Positions 1 through 13,870 of a stretch of DNA of 64,000 nucleotides are shown in pieces (position 1 is the first letter of the stretch; each line of letters starts with the position of its first letter). Made by a program: the position numbers and the translations under genes. The notes under the pieces are model-generated. The model was given only the letters and a program-made list of their open reading frames with translations. It searched no databases and was not told the DNA's origin. Source of the DNA: the human T2T-CHM13v2.0 reference genome, Homo sapiens. The stretch lies in NCBI RefSeq assembly GCF_009914755.1, contig NC_060930.1; one strand, given 5' to 3'.

Positions 1-495
1 TTCACCCCTAGAAATGATCTGTACAAACAAGCAAGGGACTTGATAAAAAACTTCAGGCCAGTCTCTGGGATCTCAGAGTTACATGGCAGCCTGGCTGTGG
101 CTTCTGGCTGCTTTTTTAAAACCTCTAGACAAGAACGGGGAAGGCTGGGGCACGTGTCCTGGATGGTTCACCCCAGGGAGCTCAGGGCTGGCATCAAGCC
201 TGATGGGCTGGGCCAATTCATGAAGTTCTTGGCCATTTATTGGTCTCTAAGCTGAGCCCGCTTGAGATGAGGTGGGATGGGGCAGGCTGTGGGGGCAAGA
301 TTTCTCTCAGCTGCCTGCTCCCCAATCCCTGCAATATCCTGTCTTTCCCCCTTTAATTTTCTCCTTTTCTTTTTTGCCTTTAAGCAACAAATAGAGGACT
401 TAAAAAAGAGTGCCCATGTAAGGCAATTCAAACATTAGCCAAGGTTAATTCACATATTTCAACTGCATTTTAGATATCTTGAAAATCAAAATTCC

Positions 496-795
496 GAAAC
501 CATCATTCTCAGCAAACTATCGCAAGGACAAAAAACCAAACACCTCATGTTCTCACTCATAGGTGGGAATTGAACAATGAGAACACATGGACACAGGAAG
601 GGGAACATCACACACTGGGGACTATTCTGGGGTGGGGGGAGGAGGGAGGGATAGCATTAGGTGATATACCTAATGTAAATGACGAATTAATGGGTGCAGC
701 ACACCAACATGGCACATGTATACATATGTAACAAACCTGCACGTTGTGCACATGTACCCTAAAACTTAAAGTATAATAATAATAATAATAATAAA
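496..795 (+). mobile_element. 5'-truncated L1PA 3' end with (AAT)n tail
   Basis: Typical L1PA 3' UTR (CATGTTCTCACTCATAGGTGGGAATTGAACAATGAG...CATGTACCCTAAAACTTAAAGTATAAT). Perfect 15-bp TSD GAAAATCAAAATTCC at 481-495 and 796-810; TT/GAAAA endonuclease-like site. Confidence 0.95.
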
Positions 796-812
796 GAAAA
801 TCAAAATTCCTA

Positions 813-1250
<438 letters not shown>

Positions 1251-1269
1251 TTAAGCTAAATAAGAAAAA

Positions 1270-1585
1270 AAAAAGCTCCTGTAGAAAAACGGACAAAGGA
1301 CATAAACAGATAATGCCATATAAAAGTAAATTCAAATTCAAATGGTATATTTATATACATTAAAAAACCCAGACCTCATTAATAACTCCCAAAATGCAAA
1401 TTAAAACATCTATTATGTGCCATTTTTTACCTTTGCATTGGCAATGATTAAAGAGAATGATGATATCTCCAGGCTACGGAGGTATGGGGAAATCTGCTTT
1501 CTCATTCACTATTGGAGGGAGTGTAAATTGGTATGAGCTTTCTGGAGGGAAGTTTGGCCATATACAATGAACGTTAAGTGGCATT
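1270..1585 (+). mobile_element. Old L1M fragment (resumes ~2200-2283)
   Basis: Diverged L1 ORF2-end motifs (AAATGCAAATTAAAAC, GGGAGTGTAAATTGGTA, GATGTTCATTGT). Confidence 0.65.
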
Positions 1586-1587
1586 GA

Positions 1588-2193
<606 letters not shown>

Positions 2194-2271
2194 TGAAATT
2201 CTTTTCCTAAAAAATTTATCTAAGACATTAATAGGACAAATGGACAAAGATGTTCATTGTAAAATTGTTTA

Positions 2272-2572
<301 letters not shown>

Positions 2573-2819
2573 CAGTGTGTGGCATTCCCCTGTCCCCCAA
2601 TTCTCTCTTGTTCTTGCTTTCACCATGTAAAGTACCTGATCTTGCTTCACTTTCTGCCATAAGTAAAAGCCCCTTGAGGTCTCCCCAGAAGCTGAGCAGA
2701 TGCTGATGCTATGCTTCCTATGCAGGCTGCAGAACCATGAGCCAATTAAATATCTTTTCTTTTATGAATTACCTGGTCTCGGGCATTTCTTTATAGCAAT
2801 GCAACAACGGCCTAATACA
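2573..2819 (+). mobile_element. MaLR LTR 3' part (MST-like)
   Basis: GCAGAACCATGAGCCAATTAAA...CTTTATAGCAATGCAACAACGGCCTAATACA terminus. Confidence 0.8.
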
Positions 2820-2920
2820 GTGCTCAGTAAGTGTCTTTTGAATGAATAAATGAAAGCAAATGAATCAATGAGAGAAATGAATCAAGAGGAGATTCTTTAA
2901 ATAATTCACCCATACAATAG

Positions 2921-3273
<353 letters not shown>

Positions 3274-3819
3274 TGAGCTTGTACTACACACTACATACTA
3301 CGCTAAGATTTCCTCACAGATTATATACTTTAATCATCACAATAAACCTATGAAATAGGTAGATACTACTAGGGATGGTCAGGATTTTCTCATGGAACAT
3401 AATGAAACTCAATTTAAATTGTGCAGGTAAAAGAAGGAATTTATTGGCCCATGTAACTGAAAAGTCCAGAGGGTAACTCTGGCGTCAGACTTAGTTGGAT
3501 TGAAGGACTTAGACAACGTTGTGATGATTTAGTCTCTCTCTCTCCAACTCTCTTCTTTCCCTTCTGTGGGCTCGATTCCCCAGGCAGCCTCACTACAGAT
3601 GGTAGGTCCTTCAGCAGCTCCAGGCTTACATGGTCTTTGGGACACTTGATCTCAGAAGACAAAGCTCACAAGTCACCCTAGGGAGGGCCCTGCCTTTCCC
3701 TGAGCCAATCCCAATTCCTGTGTCCAGAAGGATAGGGCTCCCTGACGAAACCAGTGAGTGTGTGCACCCCTGAAGAGCAGGGAGAAGTAGGCAGATAAAA
3801 ACCACAGCTCATTACAAAT

Positions 3820-3960
3820 GCCTCCTTTACAGATGAGGAAACTAAGACACAGACCAGCTAAGTAACTTCCCTCAAGTCTCTGAGCTAGTAGGTGGCAGAG
3901 CCCACATTTGAACTTAGGCAGCCTGACTTTTGAACTTAGGCAGCCTGAGTTTGGAGCCCA
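3820..3960. mobile_element. MIR remnant
   Basis: TTTACAGATGAGGAAACTAAGAC...AAGTAACTT...GGCAGAGC MIR core. Confidence 0.75.
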
Positions 3961-3969
3961 TGATTTTAG

Positions 3970-5056
<1,087 letters not shown>

Positions 5057-7089
5057 GACTATACTGCAGAACTATATATGGAAGATGTACGTGACTTATT
5101 TCAAAGTTAAAAAAAAATCAGCTAGAGTATACTATGTGTTACATGATTCCATTTATATGACCATACACAAATGAAAAGCCTAGACGGCTATATACCAACT
5201 GTTAGCAAAGGGTATCTCTAGAGGACGATGGTATTAGGGAGGACTTCTGCTTTCTCATTGTTTGAATTTCTTTTTCCCCACAAAGGTCAAGTATTTCTAG
5301 GAAAAACAATTATTTCCATTCTTGAAAATAAATTTAAAAGTCAGCAAAATCAAATTTCACACCAAGATGGGTGTGAGCAGCAGGGAAATCAGCAATTGCT
5401 TCATGAACGTGAGGAACATGGGACGTGAAATGGCAGCATTTTCTCCCCTCCTCCCTTTCTCCCCGTCGCACTCTTCATTTTATTTAATTCATTTTTAGTT
5501 TCCTGAGACAGGCTGGAGATGGTATGCTTGGTTGCCCTTCTTTTCCCTTGGCTCTGAGAGTTTATCCATGCCAACTGGACCATAAGTGACTAAAAGAATC
5601 AACTGCACATCAGAAAACTCAAGGGCCAGAAGGAACCTTAGAGAGGATCTCGTTCAATGCCTTTTGAAAAAAAATTTCTCATCCCCTTGGAAAGCCAAAT
5701 TCAAATGAAAGAGGAGAGCAAAACTCAGAATTCTTGCTCTCTGAGAACATAGCGTAAAAGCCACTCGTCTAATCTAACCATATTGTTTTGCAGAGGGGTC
5801 ACTCGTCTAATCTAACCATATTGTTTTGCAGAGGGGTCTCAGGTCTTCCACTGTAGGCCAACTGTACCTCACATTCCTGAGTCTACATAGGTGACTTGGA
5901 GTGCATGTATTCTGGACTTTCAGAGGCTTAGTAGTCCCTGAATTAGGCAACAAGAAATGTGACTGGGCAGGGTCTCTGCCTCCTGCTCTGGTCACAGATG
6001 CCCCACTTTCTCTTTCCTGGCAGCCCAAGGCCTTGGATCCAACCTGGATTATTGAAATTGGCTCTCATTCTCTCCAGAGGTCCAGGATGTTATAGGGTTC
6101 TCTGCTCTCATTCGTCAGTCAGGGTCAAGGGACCCAAGAAAAAGGAGCTAGGGAAAATAACTCAGTGGCAAGGCAAAGAGCCTTTGTTAAGCTCATAAAA
6201 CTAGAGTTGGGAACTGAGATTAAATTTTACAGATAATATTAGGATTAGAATTAAATCTAGAGTTTGGATTGGACATTGGGGCTAATACTAGGTTAGGATG
6301 GATTATAATGATGACAAGTTTTGAACTGAGAGTGAGTTTCAAGGGTAGGGATTAGAATTAGAGTGGAGGATCATCTGCTTTCTCTCAGGTCTCTACAAGT
6401 CCCTTCTTTTTGGTAAAGTCTTCCAGGGCTAAGTAGGTCTTTTGAATTCTTACCAAGAAGGCAGCCATTGTTTGCTCCTGACCTTGAATCATACCAGGCT
6501 CTTTTCTATACACCCTCAGTTCCTACTTCAAAAGCTCTGGCTGCTGAAGAATTAATATTATCCTTTACTAGACCCCACTGAGCACGTAGATGGCTCCTTT
6601 TGGGCCAATGGTGATTGCAAACTACTCCCAGGAGTCACATCACAGGTTCATCTGGAACATAATACACGACAGAAAATAGTCAAGACAATTACGACAAAAG
6701 CACTCTGCCAATTACCCCCACACTTTGCTCCCCTAATTTGATGATGCCCTGAAATTTTATGTCCTCTCTGAGCTTTCAGTCAACTAAGTGGGCTTGTTAT
6801 AGGAATTGGATCAAGGGCTCTATAGATAGAGACACTGGGAACTAAGAGTAAAGAGTTATCTGGCTAGGAACGTCATAAGCAGCAGCTAAATACTGTCTCA
6901 TCTCATACAACTTCAGTGTGACAAAAAAGCTGGCAGCCTTGTGATGAATGAGGTCAGAAAAAAAAAAAAGCAGAGAGCTTCAATGTCTTCTAGGGAGGGT
7001 GGGTTGGTAACTAAGACATTCCCCCAGGATTGTCTAACTATGACTCCAATCCATTTGTGGGTCTCACATTGACTAACAAATTATTGTGC

Positions 7090-7350
7090 TTTTATTCATA
7101 CAACATTTATTGAACGCCTCCCAAATGCACCTTGAGTATTGTGTATATCACAGTAAACAAAACAGACATGATTTTTGGAGAGGAGACTCACAAATACATA
7201 TTTAAACTATGATAGGTACTATAAAGAAAAAGAGTGCCATGTAAGATAATAATGGGGCCACCAAATTTTGATTGGGGCTTGGGTCAGGGATGACTTCTTT
7301 GAAGGAGTTCCATTTAAATTCAGGTCTGAATTTGTTTAAGTAGGAGTCAG
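7090..7350 (-). mobile_element. L2 remnant
   Basis: TTTATTCATACAACATTTATTGAACGCCT, the reverse complement of the L2 3' end. Confidence 0.6.
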
Positions 7351-8461
7351 TCTGTTGAAAATCCTTAACATGTCAATTGTTCTTTATGCTTTTGAAGTTC
7401 AGCTGCAATTTACTCCTTTATGGTCTGTGGTGGACATTTTTTGGAATCTTTGCCAAGTACATAACTTTGAGAACATAGCCTACAAAGATGGGGTTCTGGC
7501 AGCCATGTCTGCTTTACAAAACAAAAAGACCTGACTACATAACTGCCCTGTTGGTCAAAGGTGATTGTACCAAGAGTACACAAGCGGACATAAATCGAAC
7601 CAATCAGTTTCTTTCTCCTGGGGATTGGGATTCATAGATACTAATTAGTCTCTGTTTGTTCTTGAAGTGAGGCTGGGTAAACCTGGATTACGTTCCCAAA
7701 AAAGCAGTGAAAACAGCTCTGCCGAGATTATAAAGCAGCTTTGTAGAGAGAAGCAGAGATGGAAGAACCTGTAACCAGAGAGAAAAAGATATCGAAAAAA
7801 ACCAAACACTTGGCTTCCTGTTGATGTATTAGGTACCTATTTCAGTCCTTCATGCGATCTTACTGCTCTCTGTGTCCTTGGGTTGTATAAGATTATCTCC
7901 TTGTGTTGTGTGTATACATATAAAGAGAAAAGGCAGCTGAAGCAGTCAGGAACAGGAGGACAAAGGAATGGAGATGTGGGAAAGCAAGGTATTTGAGGAA
8001 TGGCAACTAGTGTCTGCTTCGCAGAGTGAATAGAGAAGAGTAGAAAATGAAGTCTGAGAGGAAGACTGGAACCAAATTATCTACATTATATGTAGGGACC
8101 TGCTGGTGAATGCTACATTTTATTAATCCTTTTAGTCTCCAGAGTGCTTAGCAAAGTCCTTGTGTATACTGGGTACTGAATAAATGTTTGTTGAATAACT
8201 GGCAAACAGGAAAGCAGTTTGGAAAATGACAATCACTTTTTATGTTGAATTCTCCTTTTAGTTGTCGAGTTTCCTTTTCTGTACATAAAAGAAAATCATC
8301 AAGATGCCAAGAGAGATAATCCCACTTAATCTTTGTTAAACTCAAAGGCTGTTAAGTATCTCACGCATGTGGGAATTTTATGTCGGCTTAAATGAAGATT
8401 TAAGGGTAATATGAATCCAATGAGAGCAAGGTGTGCTGTATGGCTTTATCCTTTCTATGCA

Positions 8462-8839
<378 letters not shown>

Positions 8840-10629
8840 TAAAACTAAACATTGTGCATAATAAATCAGCACTCACATTTTAGGGTGTTTTGGCTTTAAG
8901 TGCTTGATTTTTGCAATCATTAACTTCACCATCAACAGCATCTGTGGCATATTAAGCTAAATGCGATCCTTGCTCTTTAGAGGCCAAAATAAACATCAAT
9001 GTTAACAAACCCACACAGTATGCACAAACAGAAATGTGATTTGGTATATAAAGAAATAAGATAGCAACATTTGGTAATCAAATTAATCTAGGTAATAGTC
9101 TCTCTGAGGCTCTGATATACCCGACAGGCAAGGAGGGTATACGGCAGCTATTCCTAAGAGCCAGGAAGTCTTCCTCAGCGATGGGTCTCCAAAAGGTCTG
9201 GAGGATGTTGCCTCCGTGTTGAATTAGTCATCAATAATCGATTTCTCTGTTCATGACTAACTGGAGATCAGAATGAGCTCAGGATCAAGGACTAGGATCG
9301 TTAAAGGACTCATTTTTTTAGTGTCTCAAACTTCTTTGGTCACTTACCAATTTCCATTACTGATTCAGCTACAGCTCCCCTTTCCCCTCCAAAAACCAAA
9401 CGTGTCAGCTGTAGGAAGAAGTGCGGCTCTCCTAGCCTGGGTATAGGGACTCGCCTGGGCATAGATAATGTACTTGTGGCTCTGTGGTTGGGAGTGGAGA
9501 CAAGGAACTCCCCAACACCGGTGGGGGAGAAGAGACAAGGAAGTTGCCCCAGACAAGGGGCTGGGGGAGGGGCATTTCCCAAAAGTTCCTGTCAAGAGAC
9601 CAGTATACCGGGTGGAACTATAAGAGTTGTTTGGGTGTGGCGGGACCAGGAAGAGAGAGAGAGATGCCCAGGGAGTTGGCAAATTGGGGAGAATGGCTCC
9701 CCGGAATCGCCCAGGAGCCAGAGCGGCAGCTCCAGGGACCTTGACTCCGACGCCCCCGGGAAGCCAGAGCTCCACTTCCGCGTTTGGCATTGCTCCCCCA
9801 GGCCCCTCCTCGCACTCGGTTACGGGTTCTACGGGCGCATGCGCCGCCACTCTGGGACTGGCCCAATTTACCCTACACAACTAATCTGCTCCTCCCCCTC
9901 CCGCTTGGAGCGCACCATTCGCGTTTAGGGGGAGGCACCGCGCCCCGGAGTACTCAGAAACCTGCTCCCCTTCTTCAGACAGGGGGAAGATAAGTTTGCT
10001 TCAGATTCTAAAAGTTCTAAGAATACGAAGGCCTCAGCCGCCCGTCGCCGGGCGACAGCCCGAGGCTCTCGTTTTCTCCCACAGCCCCGCACTCCGCCTT
10101 TGAGGCGCGGAACGAAGTGGCACGCCCGGATCCCAGCTGATCAGCGGCTGGGCTTTGGCGTTGGCTCCCCCGGGCGAGACCATTGTGACTCCTCGGGAGG
10201 GGCGCACGCCGGGGAGGGGGCGGAGCGGCCATTGTCCGGTCAGCGCAGCCTCCGGGGGAGGGGACGGTGTTACGGAGACAGCAGGGCCCGGGGCTTCAGA
10301 GCGGCCGCTGCGACTCCGGAGCCGGCGGGGGGCTCCGGTCCTTCCCTGCGCCACCGCACAGGACATCTCTCTGGCTGGGGAGCGGCGGTGAGACCCGCCG
10401 AGGGCGTCTGTGTCCCTCCTCCCCCGCGGTCCTCGGTGCGTCCGCACGCCCCTCCTCCTCGGCTCCCTCCTTCTTCTCTCCGCGCCTCTCCGCCCCCTCC
10501 CCGTCTCCGCAGGCCGAGTGGTGCGGCCCGCCTCCAGCTGACCGGCCTGGAATCCCGGCTCCGAGCCCCGGACTCGCGCCCGCCCGCGCGCCCGCTCCTT
10601 CCCCCTCCCCCCGCCCCGAGCCCCCCGAC

Positions 10630-10710
10630 GCCGCCGCCACCGCCTCCTCAGAGCGGGGCCCGGGCCCAGCCGCCGCCACCGCTGCCGCCGCCGAGCTCCG
10701 CCGCCGCCGA
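10630..10710 (+). repeat. Interrupted (GCC/CCG)n low-complexity tract in the 5' UTR
   Basis: gccgccgccaccgcc...gccgccgccaccgctgccgccgccgagctccgccgccgccg directly upstream of the ATG. Confidence 0.8.
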
Positions 10711-10715
10711 GCACC

Positions 10716-10786
10716 ATGGGAGACGCTGGGAGCGAGCGCAGCAAAGCGCCCAGCCTGCCGCCTCGCTGTCCCTGCGGCTTCTGGGG
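10716..10786 (+). CDS. ZFAND3: ZFAND3 (AN1-type zinc finger protein 3) coding exon 1, 71 nt, start of the A20-type zinc finger
   Basis: Strong Kozak GAGCACC-ATG-G at 10716. Translates MGDAGSERSKAPSLPPRCPCGFWG, which I recognise as the ZFAND3 N-terminus (RCxCGFWG A20-ZnF start). Ends in consensus donor GG|GTAAGT (phase 2). Too short for the ORF track. Confidence 0.95.
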
Positions 10787-10800
10787 GTAAGTGCCCGGCC

Positions 10801-10968
10801 GGGTGGGGGCGGGGGGCGGGGGCCGGGGGCGCAGACGCCAGGGCAGCCTGGGCAGGCCTCGGGGCCCGGGAGGCCGGAACCTTGGAGGCTGGGCCCAGCC
10901 CGGGCCTACGGGGAGGGGGTGGGGGTCGCGTTCCGGGGAGGGGTGCCGGGTGGGGAGCTGGGGGTGGG
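10801..10968 (+). promoter_or_regulatory. Intronic G-run cluster / G-quadruplex-forming sequence downstream of the exon 1 donor
   Basis: GGGTGGGGGCGGGGGGCGGGGGCCGGGGG at 10801-10829 and further G3+ runs at 10910-10968. Confidence 0.65.
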
Positions 10969-12571
10969 CAGAGAAGGCCCTGCCGGGGGTGCGTTGCTAC
11001 CCTTTGGGACTCGCCGGCCTGAAGCTCGGGCCCACGGGGGCCTCCTGGGCCACGGGTGAGGGGGGCAGGGCGGCGGGGAGGGATGAGGGGGCGGCGTTGA
11101 CCGCTCCGGGAGGAGCAGGGGTGCCCCTTCCGTGGGCATGTGGAAGCCAGCCCTTCCTCCCTCCCGGGGCGTGAGTTGGTGCCCAGGCACTAGGAGGGTA
11201 TTTCCTCTGACTTCTTCACCTCCCCTCCTCCCCGTCCTCCGGAGACTTGCATCATCACTTCCTAGATTATATCCCAGTGCCCCATTTGCTTTTAGGAAGC
11301 TATTCACACGTCACCCGTTTGTAAAAACCGAGTCCAGAACCAGGCTGGGGTAAAGTTATAAGATTGTTGAGGTCTCACCTTCATGTAAAACACGTTTCAG
11401 GAGATATGTAAAATTTCCTTGTCAAAAAGGAAGAAAAAAACCACACAAAACCTGAAGTCAGCCTGGATTGGGGAATATGAGATCCAGTTTCCTCAGTTGG
11501 CTCTCAAATTCTCCTCTTTCTCAATTTAAGTAAAAATGATAAAAATGTTGACAGTGGGTAGCATATATTGTTTGGCCATCATGTGTTAAGGCGAAAAAAA
11601 TGTGAGGTGGGAAATCAGCTCCTCTTCCTCCCCCCATTACTGTTTAAATTCTCCTGGTAACACTTTAAGCTTCATGGATTGCCACCTAACAGGTGCCTCC
11701 ATCATACCACATGACTGTAGTTCTGCAGTAAGAAAGCTGGAGACTTTGAAGGCTGGCTTTTGTGATTTGAGTCCCTTTTCTCTTTTATCGTTTTGTTTTA
11801 GTTTTATTTTTTGAGAGATTCCGTATATTTGGAGACATAGAGGCAGGAAGGAAGATTGTTTCTGGTGAGGACATCTTGGGAAGAAGTATGGAAGTAGTTT
11901 TCCCTTTGCTATCTCCCATATTGTAGGAATGGTTAACAGAAATTAAGAGTAATTTTGGGAGTGCAGAGAAAGATTAGAAAGTGGATCTTAATGTAGACTT
12001 CTGTGGAAGTTGTCGTATCTCAAGGTTATGACAAAGAAGTGGATTTTCATTTTCTCATTTTTCTGCCTTTCTCAAAAATTTCCCTGTGGAAGGACATTAG
12101 TCAAAAATAAGTTGTGGCATATAAAAAGTCCTAAAAATGTGAAAATATTTCTAGTCTTCCCTTCATTTTGATTTGAAAATAATTGGTTTGCCTGTGAAGT
12201 GCTTTCATGGACTGTCTAATTCCCACAAGAATCTTGCGAGGTAGGAACCATTATCTCATTATTAGCTGGGGAAACTGAGGCTTTGGGTGGATAATTTGCC
12301 GCTTCACACAGGGAGTGTAGGGTGGAGCTGGTGAGCTCTTTAGAGTGCGTAGTACCATCATGTTTATGGTATCAGTCTGCTGCCCTGGAAAAATCTTGTG
12401 TCACAAGCCTCAGATTGTAACTCATTGTAAGACATATGTCCTAAAGAAAGTCGCTGCCAGTGGCAGCTAATGCTCAGGATGTATCAGGTCTCTTTCCTGG
12501 CAACACGTTTATGTCCTTCGGACTGTTACCATGAATGGAATCTTTATCGAAAGACTTATATCAAGGCTTAG

Positions 12572-12904
<333 letters not shown>

Positions 12905-13289
12905 AGCCTTTTACCTTTAGCCGGTAGGGTTCTGATAATGCCAATAGAGTTTGGTGGCAGCAGACAGGAAAAGTTACACTAATGTTGTACTTGACCTATA
13001 AGCAACCAGGGCTTCTTTTTAGATATTTTCAGTCTGATACTTTTTATGAACTTCAGTTTACCTAGCAGGAGTAGTGACCACAAAACTAGTATTTTTATCG
13101 TGAAAAGTGTTCTTTTTGGTGCAATGTTTTAACCTTTCCTAAGGACGTTTGTAGACAATTGTGTAGTTTGTATTTTATACCAAAGCATAGCAACATTGCC
13201 GCCTTGTTTCCATCGTATCACAACTGACTTTGGACATGTTTCCCTTACTGTATGGGCCACATTCATATTTTGTTCACTGAGTAAACTTA

Positions 13290-13870
13290 GAATATATTTA
13301 ACAGATATTTGAATGCCTGTGATATAATGGTGGGCAAGGAGGTGCTGGCCCCATACTCTGGGGCAGGGGGCACAGGGAAGTAAACTGACAGTTGCAATAC
13401 GTTGTACAGGTGCTCTAGGGGAGGGGCACCTACCCTAGCTGGGGTGGAGGTAGAGGAAAGTAGCCTGGAGAAAGTGACACTTTAGCCTAGACCCACAGGA
13501 AGGGTAGAAGTAGAGTATGGAAACAAATATTCCTTTCAGGCAGTGGGACTAACATGGGTGAAGGCCGGGATGTGAGTGAGAGCACTACTCATTTGAGGAA
13601 CAGGTTTGTTGGGTCTGTTGATAGATTGTGAAGGGGGATCACAATCTAGAGATAAGGGGGTCTGTTGGTAGATTGTGAAGGGTGATCACAATCTAGAGAT
13701 AAGGCTGGGGAATTGAGAGGAATTGGTGATCCAGGGCCCTCATAGCATTGTAATGCTGAGGACTTTGGACTTTTATCCTGAGTGCAGTGAGGAGCTACTC
13801 AAGAACTTTGATCAGGGAGTGATATATATCTTTAATGTGAAAGACTATTGGTGGTTCTTGAGAATGGCTT
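13290..13870 (-). mobile_element. L2 remnant
   Basis: GGACTTTGGACTTTTATCCTGAGTGCAGTGAGGAGCTACT and a purine-rich L2 body. Confidence 0.65.

Larger units (their letters stand above)
9700..11180. promoter_or_regulatory. CpG-island promoter of ZFAND3, probably bidirectional
   Basis: Abrupt rise in GC and CpG content. ETS/GABP site CACTTCCG 9773-9780, NRF1-type palindrome GGCGCATGCGCC 9834-9845, GC box GGGGCGGAG ~10217-10225, YY1-like GCGGCCATT 10225-10233. No TATA box seen. Confidence 0.9.

Noticed and set aside
3907-3950. 22-bp tandem duplication (also a 26-bp one at 29177-29226)
   Set aside because: Ordinary slippage duplications inside MIR and L1 remnants.
10542-10715. N-terminal non-AUG extension of ZFAND3
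   Set aside because: In-frame TGA at 10539-10541, and no in-frame CTG, GTG or ACG between it and the ATG.
10034-11307. Long ORFs across the CpG island (319 aa +, 251 aa +, 236 aa -, and others)
   Set aside because: They arise from stop-codon scarcity in very GC-rich DNA, have Pro/Arg/Gly low complexity and mostly non-ATG starts, and run across a consensus splice donor. The real CDS is the 71-nt exon in another frame.
13611-13704. CRISPR-like array (palindromic direct repeats)
   Set aside because: Only two adjacent units, the would-be spacer is itself duplicated, the context is eukaryotic and there are no cas genes.
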